Positions 20,003-29,966 are shown, counted from the stretch's first letter. The stretch: DNA of 60,043 bases from Candidatus Nomurabacteria bacterium (GCA_943350445.1 CALRAE010000004.1:1-60043); one strand, 5' to 3'. Notes: a model not told the origin generated them from the letters alone. Made by a program: numbers and translations.

Positions 20003-20863
20003 TTATTTAAGTTTCTGAAATTCTTGAATGAATTGAAGTGGGCTAACGGAAGCATTGCCGACTTTGATGGCAAAATGCAGGTGCGCGCCTTGCACATCCG
20101 CTCCTTGGTCGCCCGAATAACCGACGATATCCCCTGCTTTCACATTAGATCCAGCTTGCACTAATACTTTTGAAAGATGTAAATATTTTGAAATAATACC
20201 GTCGCCATGGTCTATGACAACTGTCGGCCCCTCTAGATAGAGCGCCTTGCCTTCACCCCAAAGAACCTCACCATCAGAAATCGCATAGACTGGCGTACCG
20301 ACTTTTGCACGCAGATCTTCTCCATGATGTGTGGTCAAGTGATTGGTGTAGATTCTTGTGTAACCAAACGCACTGGTGGTTGTCATGATCGAGAGTGGGC
20401 TACGAAAGAGAGACTGCCAAATCTTGGGTTTTGCTTCTGCTGTGGCTTTTGTAAGAGCAGCCACAAGCGGGGCTTTATTTTCTAGTACTTCCGCCTGTTT
20501 TTCTTTTGGAAGAGTCTTAAACTTATAGGCTTTTTTCATCATAACTTTTGGTTGTGTACCGGTTTTTATTTTAATAACCATCTTCTCTAATTCTTTTTCC
20601 TCTTCTTTTATTAGAAGGTTGTAATTATCGCGCTTTTTATTCACATCAGCCGCGACAAGAGCGTATTTTTTACCGTTATAATTAAAAACGGGCATTTTTA
20701 CACCACCAAACAATACTGAAGTTGTGGTCGGAAAATTTATCGGATATAAAAGTACCTCTCCTTGTTTCATAGTGAGGATGGCAGCATCCACTTCACGGCT
20801 AAATCCAAAAATACACAGCAGAAAAATTATAAAGATAAAATTTCTTTTATTAGTATTACTCAT
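20003..20863 (-). CDS. Secreted M23 metallopeptidase
   Basis: Signal peptide, HHGED, YLHL, HLHF. Confidence 0.92.
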   Translation of the reverse strand: MSNTNKRNFIFIIFLLCIFGFSREVDAAILTMKQGEVLLYPINFPTTTSVLFGGVKMPVFNYNGKKYALVAADVNKKRDNYNLLIKEEEKELEKMVIKIKTGTQPKVMMKKAYKFKTLPKEKQAEVLENKAPLVAALTKATAEAKPKIWQSLFRSPLSIMTTTSAFGYTRIYTNHLTTHHGEDLRAKVGTPVYAISDGEVLWGEGKALYLEGPTVVIDHGDGIISKYLHLSKVLVQAGSNVKAGDIVGYSGDQGADVQGAHLHFAIKVGNASVSPLQFIQEFQKLK

Positions 20864-20886
20864 ACTGCTATCATATCACTTCCTTC

Positions 20887-22530
20887 TTACTTACGGACAC
20901 CGTGTTTAATATGCAATTTCGCCACTTCTTCTTCTTCGAGTTCTTCTTTTTTCTCTTTTCCTTTATCACCGAGCGCTTTGAGTTCAGCGTCAGAAAGTAA
21001 TTCAAAAGATTTCACTAATTCAGACAGGGCTTCTATTGTATTTTTCTCTGGATTCTCTAAGACAACTTCGAGGAGAGCGTTTAGCATCCATCCCATGCGT
21101 GGTCCAGGTTTGATGCCGAGATCTTTCATTAGAAAATTACCATCTATTTTAAGTTGCCCGACAGAGATCGGGTCTCTTAGGGCTTCTTCAATCATTGCGA
21201 AATATTTTCGCAGACGATACGGCGCTTCTTTCTTCTTCATCCCTACCCTATCACACTCACGAATGTTCATCAGGAGCCAAATATTTTCCACCCCGACTTT
21301 TGCAATGATTCTACGCACTGCGCTCAAAGTAATTAATTCCGTGTCAGAGAAAAACATATGATTGCGAACAAGCTTCTCCACCAGCTCAGTTTCTTTTTTA
21401 GGAAATTTGAGCCTCTCCATTATCTTTTTCGCCATTCGAGCGCCGACTACTTCATGACCATAAAAAGTATATTTTTTCTTGGAAGCAGGCACCTTCCCCG
21501 ACAAAAATTCGAGGAGTCGTGGGTCCCCTGTCCTATTGCCTCCGAGGGCGAAGGCGGGGGAATTTTTCGTCGGGGAAGGTTCTGCAAATCTCCTCGTTTT
21601 TGGTTTTCCAATATCATGAAAAAGGGCTGCGAGCCTTATCTCTAAAGGCCAATCTTTATCCGCTGCATGCTGTAGCGCATGGAGTAAATGATCCCACACG
21701 TCATAAATATGTTCACCGAGTTGTTCACAACCTATCCCCTCCTCAAGTTCTGGAATAATATTTTTAAGCAATCCAAATTTCTGCAACATCACGATTCCAG
21801 CTGCAGGATTTTTAGATATAATTATTTTTGTAAACTCATCACGAATTCTTTCTTCTGATATTTTTTTTATTAACTCAGAATTTTTCAAAATACTTTCCAT
21901 CGTTTCGTGAGAAATAGAAAAATCTAATTGGCAAGAAAAACGAACCGCACGAAGCATTCGAAGTGCATCTTCTGTAAAACGATCATCTGCATTCCCTACT
22001 GCTCTAATAGTCTTGTCCTTTATGTCCTTTAAACCGCCAAATATGTCCTTTATAGAGTTTTTCCCAGATAGGTTGAGCGCCATGGCATTTACCCTGAAAT
22101 CACGTCTCTGAAGGTCATCTTCGAGCTTTTCACTGAATTTAACCTCATCTGGATGCCTAAAGTCAGTGTATTTTGCTTCTATCCTGTATGGAGTAACCTC
22201 AACTATTAGATAGTTAGGTTCTAGTGTTTCTTGTGAAACATCACTTTTTAATGTTTCACGTGCAACATCCTCCTTTTTTGTTTCACGCGGAACGCACACC
22301 CCCACAGTCCCAAAGGTATTCTCGTATACAGTCTTTTCAAATAGCTTTATAATCTGGTCTGGTTTGGCATTCGTTGTCACATCCCAGTCCTTAGGAACCC
22401 TCTCCATTAGAAGATCTCGAACACAACCACCCACTAAATACGCCTCAAAACCCCCTTTTTCTAAGGTTTTGGTTACATGTGAAACTTCTTTAGGTATTTT
22501 TGATATTAAGTTTTGGTTTACAAGATCCAC
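20887..22530 (-). CDS. cca: CCA tRNA nucleotidyltransferase with HD domain
   Basis: YLVGGCVRD, DWDVTT, RRDFRVNA, EDALRMLRA, HDIGKP; start moved to GTG 22530 so it does not overlap the tRNA. Confidence 0.92.
   Translation of the reverse strand: MDLVNQNLISKIPKEVSHVTKTLEKGGFEAYLVGGCVRDLLMERVPKDWDVTTNAKPDQIIKLFEKTVYENTFGTVGVCVPRETKKEDVARETLKSDVSQETLEPNYLIVEVTPYRIEAKYTDFRHPDEVKFSEKLEDDLQRRDFRVNAMALNLSGKNSIKDIFGGLKDIKDKTIRAVGNADDRFTEDALRMLRAVRFSCQLDFSISHETMESILKNSELIKKISEERIRDEFTKIIISKNPAAGIVMLQKFGLLKNIIPELEEGIGCEQLGEHIYDVWDHLLHALQHAADKDWPLEIRLAALFHDIGKPKTRRFAEPSPTKNSPAFALGGNRTGDPRLLEFLSGKVPASKKKYTFYGHEVVGARMAKKIMERLKFPKKETELVEKLVRNHMFFSDTELITLSAVRRIIAKVGVENIWLLMNIRECDRVGMKKKEAPYRLRKYFAMIEEALRDPISVGQLKIDGNFLMKDLGIKPGPRMGWMLNALLEVVLENPEKNTIEALSELVKSFELLSDAELKALGDKGKEKKEELEEEEVAKLHIKHGVRK
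21491..21580. repeat. 90-nt in-frame hairpin element inside cca
   Basis: accttccccgacaaaaattc / gaatttttcgtcggggaaggt arms; encodes the PSPTKNSPAFALGGNRTGDPRLLEFLSGKV insert. Confidence 0.8.
22225..22294. promoter_or_regulatory. Three parS-like sites at 27-bp spacing inside cca
   Basis: tgtttcttgtgaaaca, tgtttcacgtgcaaca, tgtttcacgcggaacg vs consensus TGTTNCACGTGAAACA. Confidence 0.8.
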
Positions 22531-22540
22531 CTTAATTTTG

Positions 22541-22611
22541 TGCGGCCAGAGAGAATCGAACTCTCGTCTCATCCTTGGCAAGGACGTGTTCTACCACTAA
22601 ACCATGACCGC
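22541..22611 (-). tRNA. tRNA-Gly(GCC), CCA not encoded
   Basis: Cloverleaf GCGGTCA...TGGCCGCA; anticodon arm gtcct-tGCCa-aggat; GTTCGA T-loop. Confidence 0.95.
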
Positions 22612-22730
22612 AAAATTATTTTTAATCATTCAATTATATATTAAATTCAGCATATTGCAATTTTATATTCTGAGCTTATAAAATAACGTTATTTTACTAA
22701 AGATAAATATAATGTATAATTAAACATTAT

Positions 22731-22802
22731 GCACCCGTAGTGAAATGGATATCATACCCGCCTTCGAAGCGGTTGTTGGGGGTTCGAATCCCTCCGGGTG
22801 CA
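22731..22802 (+). tRNA. tRNA-Arg(TCG)
   Basis: GCACCCG...CGGGTGCA, anticodon loop ctTCGaa, GGTTCGAATCC. Confidence 0.95.
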
Positions 22803-22898
22803 CACGAAAGAGTAAATTTATTTACTCTTGTGAGGGTTTCGAAAGATTTTTTGTTATTTTACAAGATAAAATCAAAAAATACCTGGCCATGTAATGGC

Positions 22899-22918
22899 CG
22901 AATCCCTCCGGGTGCACA
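22899..22918 (+). repeat. 20-bp direct copy of the tRNA-Arg 3' end (att-like)
   Basis: cgaatccctccgggtgcaca identical to 22785-22804. Confidence 0.9.
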
Positions 22919-23117
22919 TCAGAAAGTTGTTCCAAAATTAATCATACCTGTCCTTTATTGAAACCTTATTAAATAATAGTTTTGTGTAAGAGTGTGGATA
23001 ACTATGTTGGTAATGTTTATAAAGGACATGTTTTATAATTGTCTTTTGGGGGGATTTTAACTAAAATATCTTGTGAGATAAGGATATTTTTATAAAAGAC
23101 ATCAAATATAGTACTTT

Positions 23118-23133
23118 TGTTTCACGTGAAACA
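23118..23133. promoter_or_regulatory. Perfect parS site; degenerate copies at 22471, 23144, 23250
   Basis: tgtttcacgtgaaaca is the canonical ParB-binding palindrome. Confidence 0.9.
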
Positions 23134-23185
23134 TATTTATTGCTGTTACTTGTGAAACGTTATAAAATATAGCTTTATAGTATAT

Positions 23186-23572
23186 ATGCCGAAAGTATTC
23201 ACCTCAGAAACTCAAAAAATAGGGGAAATAGGGGAGAATATAGCTGTAAAGTTTCTCATGAAACATGGTTTTGAGGTTTTAGACCGTAATTATACTAAAA
23301 AATGGGGTGAAATAGACATAGTGGCTCAAAAGGACACAAAAATTTACTTTATTGAGGTAAAAAGTATAAACGCCGAGATAGCAGGAGGGGAACATAGAGC
23401 CGAAGACAATATGCACCCGAGGAAATTGCAAAGACTAGCGCGAGTAATTCAGACATATCTTCTCTACAAGAAATGGTACGAGGGGGAATGGCAAGTTGAT
23501 TTATTGGTTATTTATTTAAATATGAAAAACAAAACTGCTCGAATAAAAGTAGTAAGTGATATTATTTTATGA
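23186..23572 (+). CDS. YraN-family (UPF0102) nuclease-like protein
   Basis: GEIGENIA, RNY...GEIDIVA, FIEVK. Confidence 0.92.
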   Translation: MPKVFTSETQKIGEIGENIAVKFLMKHGFEVLDRNYTKKWGEIDIVAQKDTKIYFIEVKSINAEIAGGEHRAEDNMHPRKLQRLARVIQTYLLYKKWYEGEWQVDLLVIYLNMKNKTARIKVVSDIIL

Positions 23573-23582
23573 TTCGAATCTG

Positions 23583-23653
23583 TGCGGGATAGGCGAATCG
23601 AACGCCTGCCAACAGTTTGGAAAACTGTAGTTCTACCACTAAACTAATCCCGC
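23583..23653 (-). tRNA. tRNA-Gly(TCC)
   Basis: GCGGGAT...ATCCCGCA; anticodon loop ttTCCaa. Confidence 0.95.
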
Positions 23654-23678
23654 TTATATAAAAACCTGTAAATAACGC

Positions 23679-23752
23679 TGGTCGGGCTGCTGGGAGTCGA
23701 ACCCAGCCTAAATGCTCCCAAAGCACTTGTACAACCGATATACTACAGCCCG
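23679..23752 (-). tRNA. tRNA-Pro(TGG), CCA encoded
   Basis: CGGGCTG...CAGCCCGACCA; loop ttTGGga. Confidence 0.93.
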
Positions 23753-23888
23753 TAGTTACGTTAACTGCGTTATTCTAACACAACAAATATAAATATTCTA
23801 GTAAAAACTAATTTTTAGTTTTTACACTCAAAAAAATTCATAGATTATCGAAATTTTAATATCTTGTGCTATTATTCAACCATAAACC

Positions 23889-24638
23889 ATGATAACCACA
23901 TACATATACACATTTGGAAGTATTCTGGTGGTCAGCCTTATTTCATTCATAGGAATTTTTACTCTTGCAATAAAAGAAGAAGTTCTTCGTAAATATATTT
24001 TTATATTCATCAGCATTGCTGTGGGCGCTCTTTTGGGCGATTCTTTTATACATTTAATTCCTGAAGCATTTGCAGATACGACTAACCAAGTTCTTACTAG
24101 TGTCCTAATAATTGCAGGAATACTTTTCTTTTTTATTCTAGAAAAATTTCTCCATTGGCACCACCACGGAGAAGACAAAGAGGACACACACATTCATCCA
24201 GTTGGAAAGTTGGTTTTGTTTTCTGATGGTGTCCACAATTTCATGGACGGCATGATCATAGCAGCGAGCTTCTTGGTGAGCATCCCTGTGGGACTAGCCA
24301 CGACTCTAGCTGTTATTTTACACGAAATACCTCAAGAAATAGGGGATTTTGCTGTGCTTTTACATTCTGGATATACAAAACAGAGGGCCCTCTGGCTTAA
24401 TTTTCTATCAGCCCTAACAGCGATTGCAGGTGCTATTGTGCTCTTTAGTCTAGGGGAGGTGGCAGAGGCATCAACATCTTGGTTTCTACCCATTGCAGCT
24501 GGTGGATTTATATATATTGCCCTTGCAGACTTGATACCTGAACTTCAAAAAACAAAAGAGGCTCGATATTCAATCATGCAGATACTCGCAGTCGTAGCTG
24601 GAGTCTTGGCGATGGTTGCTTTGACTTTTTTAGAGTAA
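23889..24638 (+). CDS. ZIP-family metal transporter
   Basis: HLIPEA, His-rich loop, DGVHNF, HEIPQEIGDF. Confidence 0.94.
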   Translation: MITTYIYTFGSILVVSLISFIGIFTLAIKEEVLRKYIFIFISIAVGALLGDSFIHLIPEAFADTTNQVLTSVLIIAGILFFFILEKFLHWHHHGEDKEDTHIHPVGKLVLFSDGVHNFMDGMIIAASFLVSIPVGLATTLAVILHEIPQEIGDFAVLLHSGYTKQRALWLNFLSALTAIAGAIVLFSLGEVAEASTSWFLPIAAGGFIYIALADLIPELQKTKEARYSIMQILAVVAGVLAMVALTFLE

Positions 24639-24736
24639 AAACATAAATAGCACAAAATTTTTTCTGTCCGAGGGATCCACCCTGTACTCAGGGAAGGGCG
24701 CAGGACAAAAAATTTTGTGCTATTTATGTTTTTACT
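24634..24736. repeat. Long hairpin element, family A (30-bp perfect arms)
   Basis: Arms 24634-24663 / 24707-24736; 37-nt core shared with 48006-48042. Confidence 0.9.
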
Positions 24737-24884
24737 TTTTAAAATTTTTAGTGGTCAGGAATAATTTTGTTTCCGTCAAAACAAAATTTTCACGACCCTG
24801 CCTCGCTTGTTTTCTTTACTAAGAAAACATAGCTGTGGCTCAAACTCAATTAGAAAAAACCCAAGCAGTTGGATTTTCTCTAAT

Positions 24885-26171
24885 TTAGTTTGCCCAACTC
24901 CAGTCAGTACCTGGATTTTTAGCGCTAAAAACTTCGAAGTGAATGTGCGGGCCAGTAGAACGTCCTGTATTACCGACATAGCCGATGATCTCACCACGAG
25001 CCACTGTTGATCCAGTCCTGGTGCCCAACCTAGACATATGCGCATAGAGGGTCTTCGTGCCATTTGGATGTTGTACGATTGCCATATTTCCATAACCTCC
25101 ACCACAACGTGTCTGCCCAACCCTACAACCAGTTTTAACTATAATAACTGTGCCGGATGCAGATGCGTATATAGGCGTACCCGTAGGCGCGCCTATATCT
25201 ATACCACGATGTCCAGGACCATGGAGACCTTGGGTTTTGTGTCCAGTAGGAACTGGGTTTATGAAAAATCCAGTAAGGTTTTGTATTGGATTAGCATCAT
25301 AATAATTCTTATCGCGAATCGGAGCGGAGCTCAAGTTTGAAGCTGGCTTGTCACCTCCTTCATCGGCCATGTCGCCACCAGGAACCATTATTTTGTCACC
25401 TATAGCTAGCTTACTATCAAATGCAATATCATTATAGAAAGCTATTTCACTCACATCTACCTTGTAAAGCTTGGCAATACTCTTTAATGTCTGCCCTTTG
25501 GCTACAGTATGCTCAAGTCCAGAAACAGGCAAAATAAAAAGCACGTCGCCTTCGACGAGCTTGTCACTTTTTTTCATATCATTCGCCCACAATATAGTAT
25601 TTGCAGAGACATCGAACATTTTGGCTATAGCAGAGATAGAATCACCCTTTCGAACCACATAGACACTAGTCTGCAGGGAAGATGGGTCCACCGCATCAGT
25701 GCCGTCTGAGACACCGAGGGGGCCTGTCGCCGGAAGCATGGCATTATCAGAGACGATATTAACATTTACACTAGTATTTATAGGCTCTTCTTTGCTTATA
25801 TCCTTTTTATTTTCCTTTTTCTCGATTACTTCTTGAAAAATAGAGGCTGAAGACACATTGGCCTGTAAAAGTGCCATAGTTTGGGAATTTTGAGGTAATT
25901 TATTATAAAGTTGAGTAGAATCTGTTGTGTTTGTTTGTGCATATGCCTCATCACCTAAAAAGGAAGATAGGAAGCCAGCGTTTGCTGGCAAGGGCTTTAT
26001 CATATAGGAAGCCGACAAGAAAAAGCCAAATAAAATGGAAAATACCAGAATAGAGCGGAATATGTTAAATAGTGATTTTATAAAACAATCTAAAGTATCG
26101 AAAGATTTCCTCTCTAACCCTTTTAAAATAAGGGTAGAATCGCAGGACGACCGAAATTGTACTGCAAACAA
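24885..26171 (-). CDS. LysM x2 plus M23 peptidoglycan endopeptidase (start uncertain)
   Basis: YVVRKGDSIS and HTVAKGQTL LysM repeats; HRGID, YAHM, STGPHIHFE. Confidence 0.92.
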   Translation of the reverse strand: MFAVQFRSSCDSTLILKGLERKSFDTLDCFIKSLFNIFRSILVFSILFGFFLSASYMIKPLPANAGFLSSFLGDEAYAQTNTTDSTQLYNKLPQNSQTMALLQANVSSASIFQEVIEKKENKKDISKEEPINTSVNVNIVSDNAMLPATGPLGVSDGTDAVDPSSLQTSVYVVRKGDSISAIAKMFDVSANTILWANDMKKSDKLVEGDVLFILPVSGLEHTVAKGQTLKSIAKLYKVDVSEIAFYNDIAFDSKLAIGDKIMVPGGDMADEGGDKPASNLSSAPIRDKNYYDANPIQNLTGFFINPVPTGHKTQGLHGPGHRGIDIGAPTGTPIYASASGTVIIVKTGCRVGQTRCGGGYGNMAIVQHPNGTKTLYAHMSRLGTRTGSTVARGEIIGYVGNTGRSTGPHIHFEVFSAKNPGTDWSWAN

Positions 26172-26395
26172 AGGTTCTCGCGACGGTTACTGTCTTCTCC
26201 ATCTTCCAGCCAGCTCATACCATACCTCTCTTCAGTGCTACCCCCATAGAATAGTTCAAAAAGGGTCAAAAGTCAATCTAGTTGGGGATAACGAGTGAAT
26301 AGCTAAAATTTGACAAGACTGTAAAAAAGGTGTATAATTGATAAATAGTCTTAAAAAAATTAGTGTTGAAAAATTAAAAACTATATAATATATTT

Positions 26396-27811
26396 ATGGA
26401 TACAGGACCACAAAATAATGAAGAGACAAATAGAATCGAAGCAGAACTAGAGGCAACGAAGTTGCAAGATGAACAAGCTAGAGCAGAAGGGAATCCACCA
26501 AGTAGTACGCCCACACCCCCTTTTTGGACAGAAACAAAGACAAAAATAGCGAAAATAACAGGCTTGACAGCGGCGACGGGTGTCGGTCTTTTCGGTGCTT
26601 ATAAAGGGACAGAAAAGGGAGCACAATTTGCAGGAGATAAGACTAGTGATTGGATGACCCCTAAAGCAAAAAATGTCCAACAAGTGCCCGCAAGACCAAA
26701 CATGAATCCTGGCTACACAAATAATGAACCAAATTTACCACTAATGGTAAATCCAGTTATAACACCCACAAATTCTACAGAATTTTCTAGAACCAATCTT
26801 CCTCCAGGCCTACCACCTTTAACACCACCATCCGTCAATACTAATAGTTTAGAAAGTGCTGTAACGGCTGCACTAGCTAGAGCAAATGCTGAATCAGCAA
26901 AGTTGAGGCAACAAGTAGAAGATGCAGCAGCCAAGCAAGCAGCACTAGAGAAAAAACATGCTGCGGCACTAGAAGAACAAGCAAAAATGTTTCGACGAGA
27001 AGTACAAATAGTACAGAATGTACAAACACCAATAGAAACAGTGGCACCAGAAAAAACCATAGAGCAAATGAAGGAGGAAAGGAGAGAAATGGAAGCACAA
27101 AAAAGAATGGCGGAAATAGAAGCAAGAAATACAGCAACAGAAGAAAATAATCGCAATGCCCCAGTAGGATACAAAATGGGATCTACAACAGAATTACCAC
27201 CACTTAGAGCTCCAGCAATGAATAAGGCTCCTACGCCAAAACCAACAGGGGTACAATTTAATACAAGGCCTGATGAAGGAGTAAAATTTAATGCCACCAT
27301 CACAGAAGCAAACAGAGAAGCAATAGTAAATGCAATACCGAGACCTCCAGTAGGAGTAAATGTCATAAGCAGAGGTATGGGTGGATACAATATAACCACT
27401 GCCCCAAATCCAGGCCCAGTAAATATTGCTACGGAAGCTCCAACCAACGTTAATGACGGAAACCCTTTCAAGTTATCACAAAAAGCACTTGAAGAAATCG
27501 AGGATATTTACGAAAGAAACTTGGTAAAAATTTTCCCTAAAAACACGCTAGGGAAGTGGATGAATATAAACAAAGAGAGCGCTTATGATTTTATGAGTAA
27601 ACCGAGAGAAAAAGTCCCGAAAGAATACGAACACATATTTACCACTGAAGAATATAAACGCCTCTGCACTTTCTTAGAGAAACTCAAGGTAACAACCGGT
27701 GAGCTTCCCAAGCTCGGTGCCTCTACTGGAAAGCCTGAAAGCATACAAGACTATATGAATAGAACGATGCAAAAAGCCGCATCACAAGGATTACTGTCTA
27801 AAATAAAATAG
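26396..27811 (+). CDS. Pro/Asn/Thr-rich hypothetical protein with coiled coil
   Basis: 471-aa ORF with promoter TTGACA-N17-TATAAT (26310-26338) and a terminator. Confidence 0.8.
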   Translation: MDTGPQNNEETNRIEAELEATKLQDEQARAEGNPPSSTPTPPFWTETKTKIAKITGLTAATGVGLFGAYKGTEKGAQFAGDKTSDWMTPKAKNVQQVPARPNMNPGYTNNEPNLPLMVNPVITPTNSTEFSRTNLPPGLPPLTPPSVNTNSLESAVTAALARANAESAKLRQQVEDAAAKQAALEKKHAAALEEQAKMFRREVQIVQNVQTPIETVAPEKTIEQMKEERREMEAQKRMAEIEARNTATEENNRNAPVGYKMGSTTELPPLRAPAMNKAPTPKPTGVQFNTRPDEGVKFNATITEANREAIVNAIPRPPVGVNVISRGMGGYNITTAPNPGPVNIATEAPTNVNDGNPFKLSQKALEEIEDIYERNLVKIFPKNTLGKWMNINKESAYDFMSKPREKVPKEYEHIFTTEEYKRLCTFLEKLKVTTGELPKLGASTGKPESIQDYMNRTMQKAASQGLLSKIK

Positions 27812-27847
27812 AAAAACAAAATATCCCGAAAGGGGTATTTTGTTTTT
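27812..27847. terminator. Intrinsic terminator
   Basis: aaaaacaaaatatccc-gaaa-ggggtattttgttttt. Confidence 0.85.
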
Positions 27848-27855
27848 ATGCTAAG

Positions 27856-29949
27856 ATGTTATCTGTGGAAGAACACTTAAAAGGATTAAATAGTGAACAA
27901 AAAATAGCAGCACTCCACAAGGATGGCCCGCTTCTTATTATTGCTGGCGCTGGCGCAGGGAAAACAAAAACTATCACGCACAGAATTGTAAATTTAATAA
28001 AAAATGGAGTCGCTCCAGAGAAAATTCTCGCCGTCACCTTTACCAACAAAGCAGCAAAAGAAATGCGAGAGAGAATCATCACAGAAATTGAGAAGAATGC
28101 AAAAGGACAAGAAAGGGTTCCTTTCGTTAGCACCTTCCACTCGCTCGGAGTTTACATTATTAAAGAAAACGCTCGACTGCTAGGGCTGACCAAGTATTTC
28201 ACTATTCTAGATGAAGGAGATGCCACAGGATTTATTAAAGACATATTAAAAGAGCTTGGAGTAGACCCAAAACAATACGATCCGAAGAAAATAAAAAGTG
28301 TAATCTCTCGCGAAAAAGGTAAATTTACCCATCTTACAGATTTTACAGAAAGGGAAGGAAACGGCTCGAACCCTTTTTCGAAAATAGTAGCACAGGTTTG
28401 GAATCTATATGAAAAACAAAAGATGAAAGAGAATTCACTCGATTTTGATGATCTACTTTTGAAAGCGACAAAACTCTTGAAAGACAACGTGGAAATCCGT
28501 AAAATGTATCAAGAAAAATGGGAGTACGTGCACATCGACGAGTATCAAGACACCAATGAGGTGCAGTATTTAATGTCGAAAATGCTAGCAGAAAAGAATA
28601 AAAATATCTGTGTGGTGGGAGATGCTGATCAAAATATTTATTCTTGGCGTGGAGCAAATCTGAAAAATATTTTAAATTTTGAAAAAGATTATCCGAATGC
28701 AAAAATAATTTTGCTCGAAGAGAATTACAGGTCGACCCAAAACATCCTAGAGGCTGCAAATGTGGTAATCAAAAAAAATAAATACCGCCCAGACAAAAAT
28801 TTATTTACAAAAAATGAAACCGGAGAGAAGATAGGATTGTACGAAGCACTCAACGAAGTAGATGAAGCAGACTTTGTAGCGACAAAGATTCTAGAAATAC
28901 GAGATGGAAGCTCCCCAGACTCTTTCTTTGCGGGGTCGCTGTCTCCGCGTGTTCGCGGAGCGCTGCCTCTCGGCTCGTCAGCCTGCGAGACACCCCTCAA
29001 AGAAAAGTCCGGAGAGCTTCCCAGCGACCCCGACAAGATAGAACCTGTTCTGCTGTCAGAAATATGCATCTTATATCGCGCGAACTTCCAATCACGAGCA
29101 CTCGAGGAAGCGATGCTCCGATACAACATCCCATACCAAGTCCTTGGTGTTAAATTCTTCGAAAGAAAAGAAATCAAAGATACTTTGGCATATTTGCGTG
29201 CAGCTTTAAACAGAGACAGCCTTTCCGATATAAAAAGAATTATAAATTTCCCAGCGCGAGGCATCGGCAAAGTCACGTTAGTAAAAATTTTTGCAAATGA
29301 AATAGAAAGCTTGCCACCCAAGGTAAGAATCAAAATAAATAGTTTCTATGAAACACTCGAAGAAATAAAGGAAAAAATTCATAGTACCAAAACAAGTGAT
29401 GTAATAAAATTCGTGGTGAAAAAGTCTGGAATTGAAGCAGAACTTTCTTCGGGGACTGAAGAAGATATAGAAAGACTTGAAAACATTAAAGAGTTAGCCA
29501 CTTTAGCACTTAAATATGATAATTTAGACGCCGGCCGTGGCATAGAAAAGCTTCTGGAAGATGCTTCACTAGCATCGGACCAGGACTCATTAATCGTGAA
29601 TGAGGAGAAATTAAAAGAAAAGAAAGAGATAAATGCAGTGAAACTTATGACTGTGCATGCTTCAAAAGGCCTCGAGTTTAAATACGTCTTTATCACTGGT
29701 CTAGAAGATGGCCTGTTCCCACATCAAAGACGAAGTGAGGACGTAAATATCGACACCGAAGAAGAGCGTAGACTATTTTATGTGGCGGTGACTCGTGCGC
29801 GAAGTAAATTATTTTTATCCTTCGCAGATTATCGGACTATTTTCGGCTCACGACAAATAAATGCTCCATCGGAATTTATTTCCGACATTCCAGCCGATTT
29901 ATTAGAGAAAGAAGGAGAGAAAGGAGGAATTAAAACTATTTACATCTAA
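27856..29949 (+). CDS. pcrA: UvrD/PcrA DNA helicase
   Basis: AGAGAGKT, TFTNKAA, DEYQDTN, VGDADQNIY, LMTVHASKGLEF, EERRLFYV. Confidence 0.96.
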   Translation: MLSVEEHLKGLNSEQKIAALHKDGPLLIIAGAGAGKTKTITHRIVNLIKNGVAPEKILAVTFTNKAAKEMRERIITEIEKNAKGQERVPFVSTFHSLGVYIIKENARLLGLTKYFTILDEGDATGFIKDILKELGVDPKQYDPKKIKSVISREKGKFTHLTDFTEREGNGSNPFSKIVAQVWNLYEKQKMKENSLDFDDLLLKATKLLKDNVEIRKMYQEKWEYVHIDEYQDTNEVQYLMSKMLAEKNKNICVVGDADQNIYSWRGANLKNILNFEKDYPNAKIILLEENYRSTQNILEAANVVIKKNKYRPDKNLFTKNETGEKIGLYEALNEVDEADFVATKILEIRDGSSPDSFFAGSLSPRVRGALPLGSSACETPLKEKSGELPSDPDKIEPVLLSEICILYRANFQSRALEEAMLRYNIPYQVLGVKFFERKEIKDTLAYLRAALNRDSLSDIKRIINFPARGIGKVTLVKIFANEIESLPPKVRIKINSFYETLEEIKEKIHSTKTSDVIKFVVKKSGIEAELSSGTEEDIERLENIKELATLALKYDNLDAGRGIEKLLEDASLASDQDSLIVNEEKLKEKKEINAVKLMTVHASKGLEFKYVFITGLEDGLFPHQRRSEDVNIDTEEERRLFYVAVTRARSKLFLSFADYRTIFGSRQINAPSEFISDIPADLLEKEGEKGGIKTIYI
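28906..29021. repeat. In-frame hairpin element (family B) inside pcrA
   Basis: ggaagctc..tctttg.gggg / cccc.caaaga..gagcttcc arms; 17 nt identical (inverted) to 46627-46643. Confidence 0.85.
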
Positions 29950-29966
29950 CATGTATAATTAGAAAT

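Noticed and set aside
22531-22581. cca start at 22581
   Set aside because: It overlaps tRNA-Gly; a downstream start is more plausible
22740-22961. 73-aa ORF with repeated RIPPGAH
   Set aside because: It is a translation of tRNA-Arg and its duplicated 3' end
26140-26250. c-di-AMP (ydaO) riboswitch before the LysM-M23 gene
   Set aside because: I could not find the consensus segments by eye
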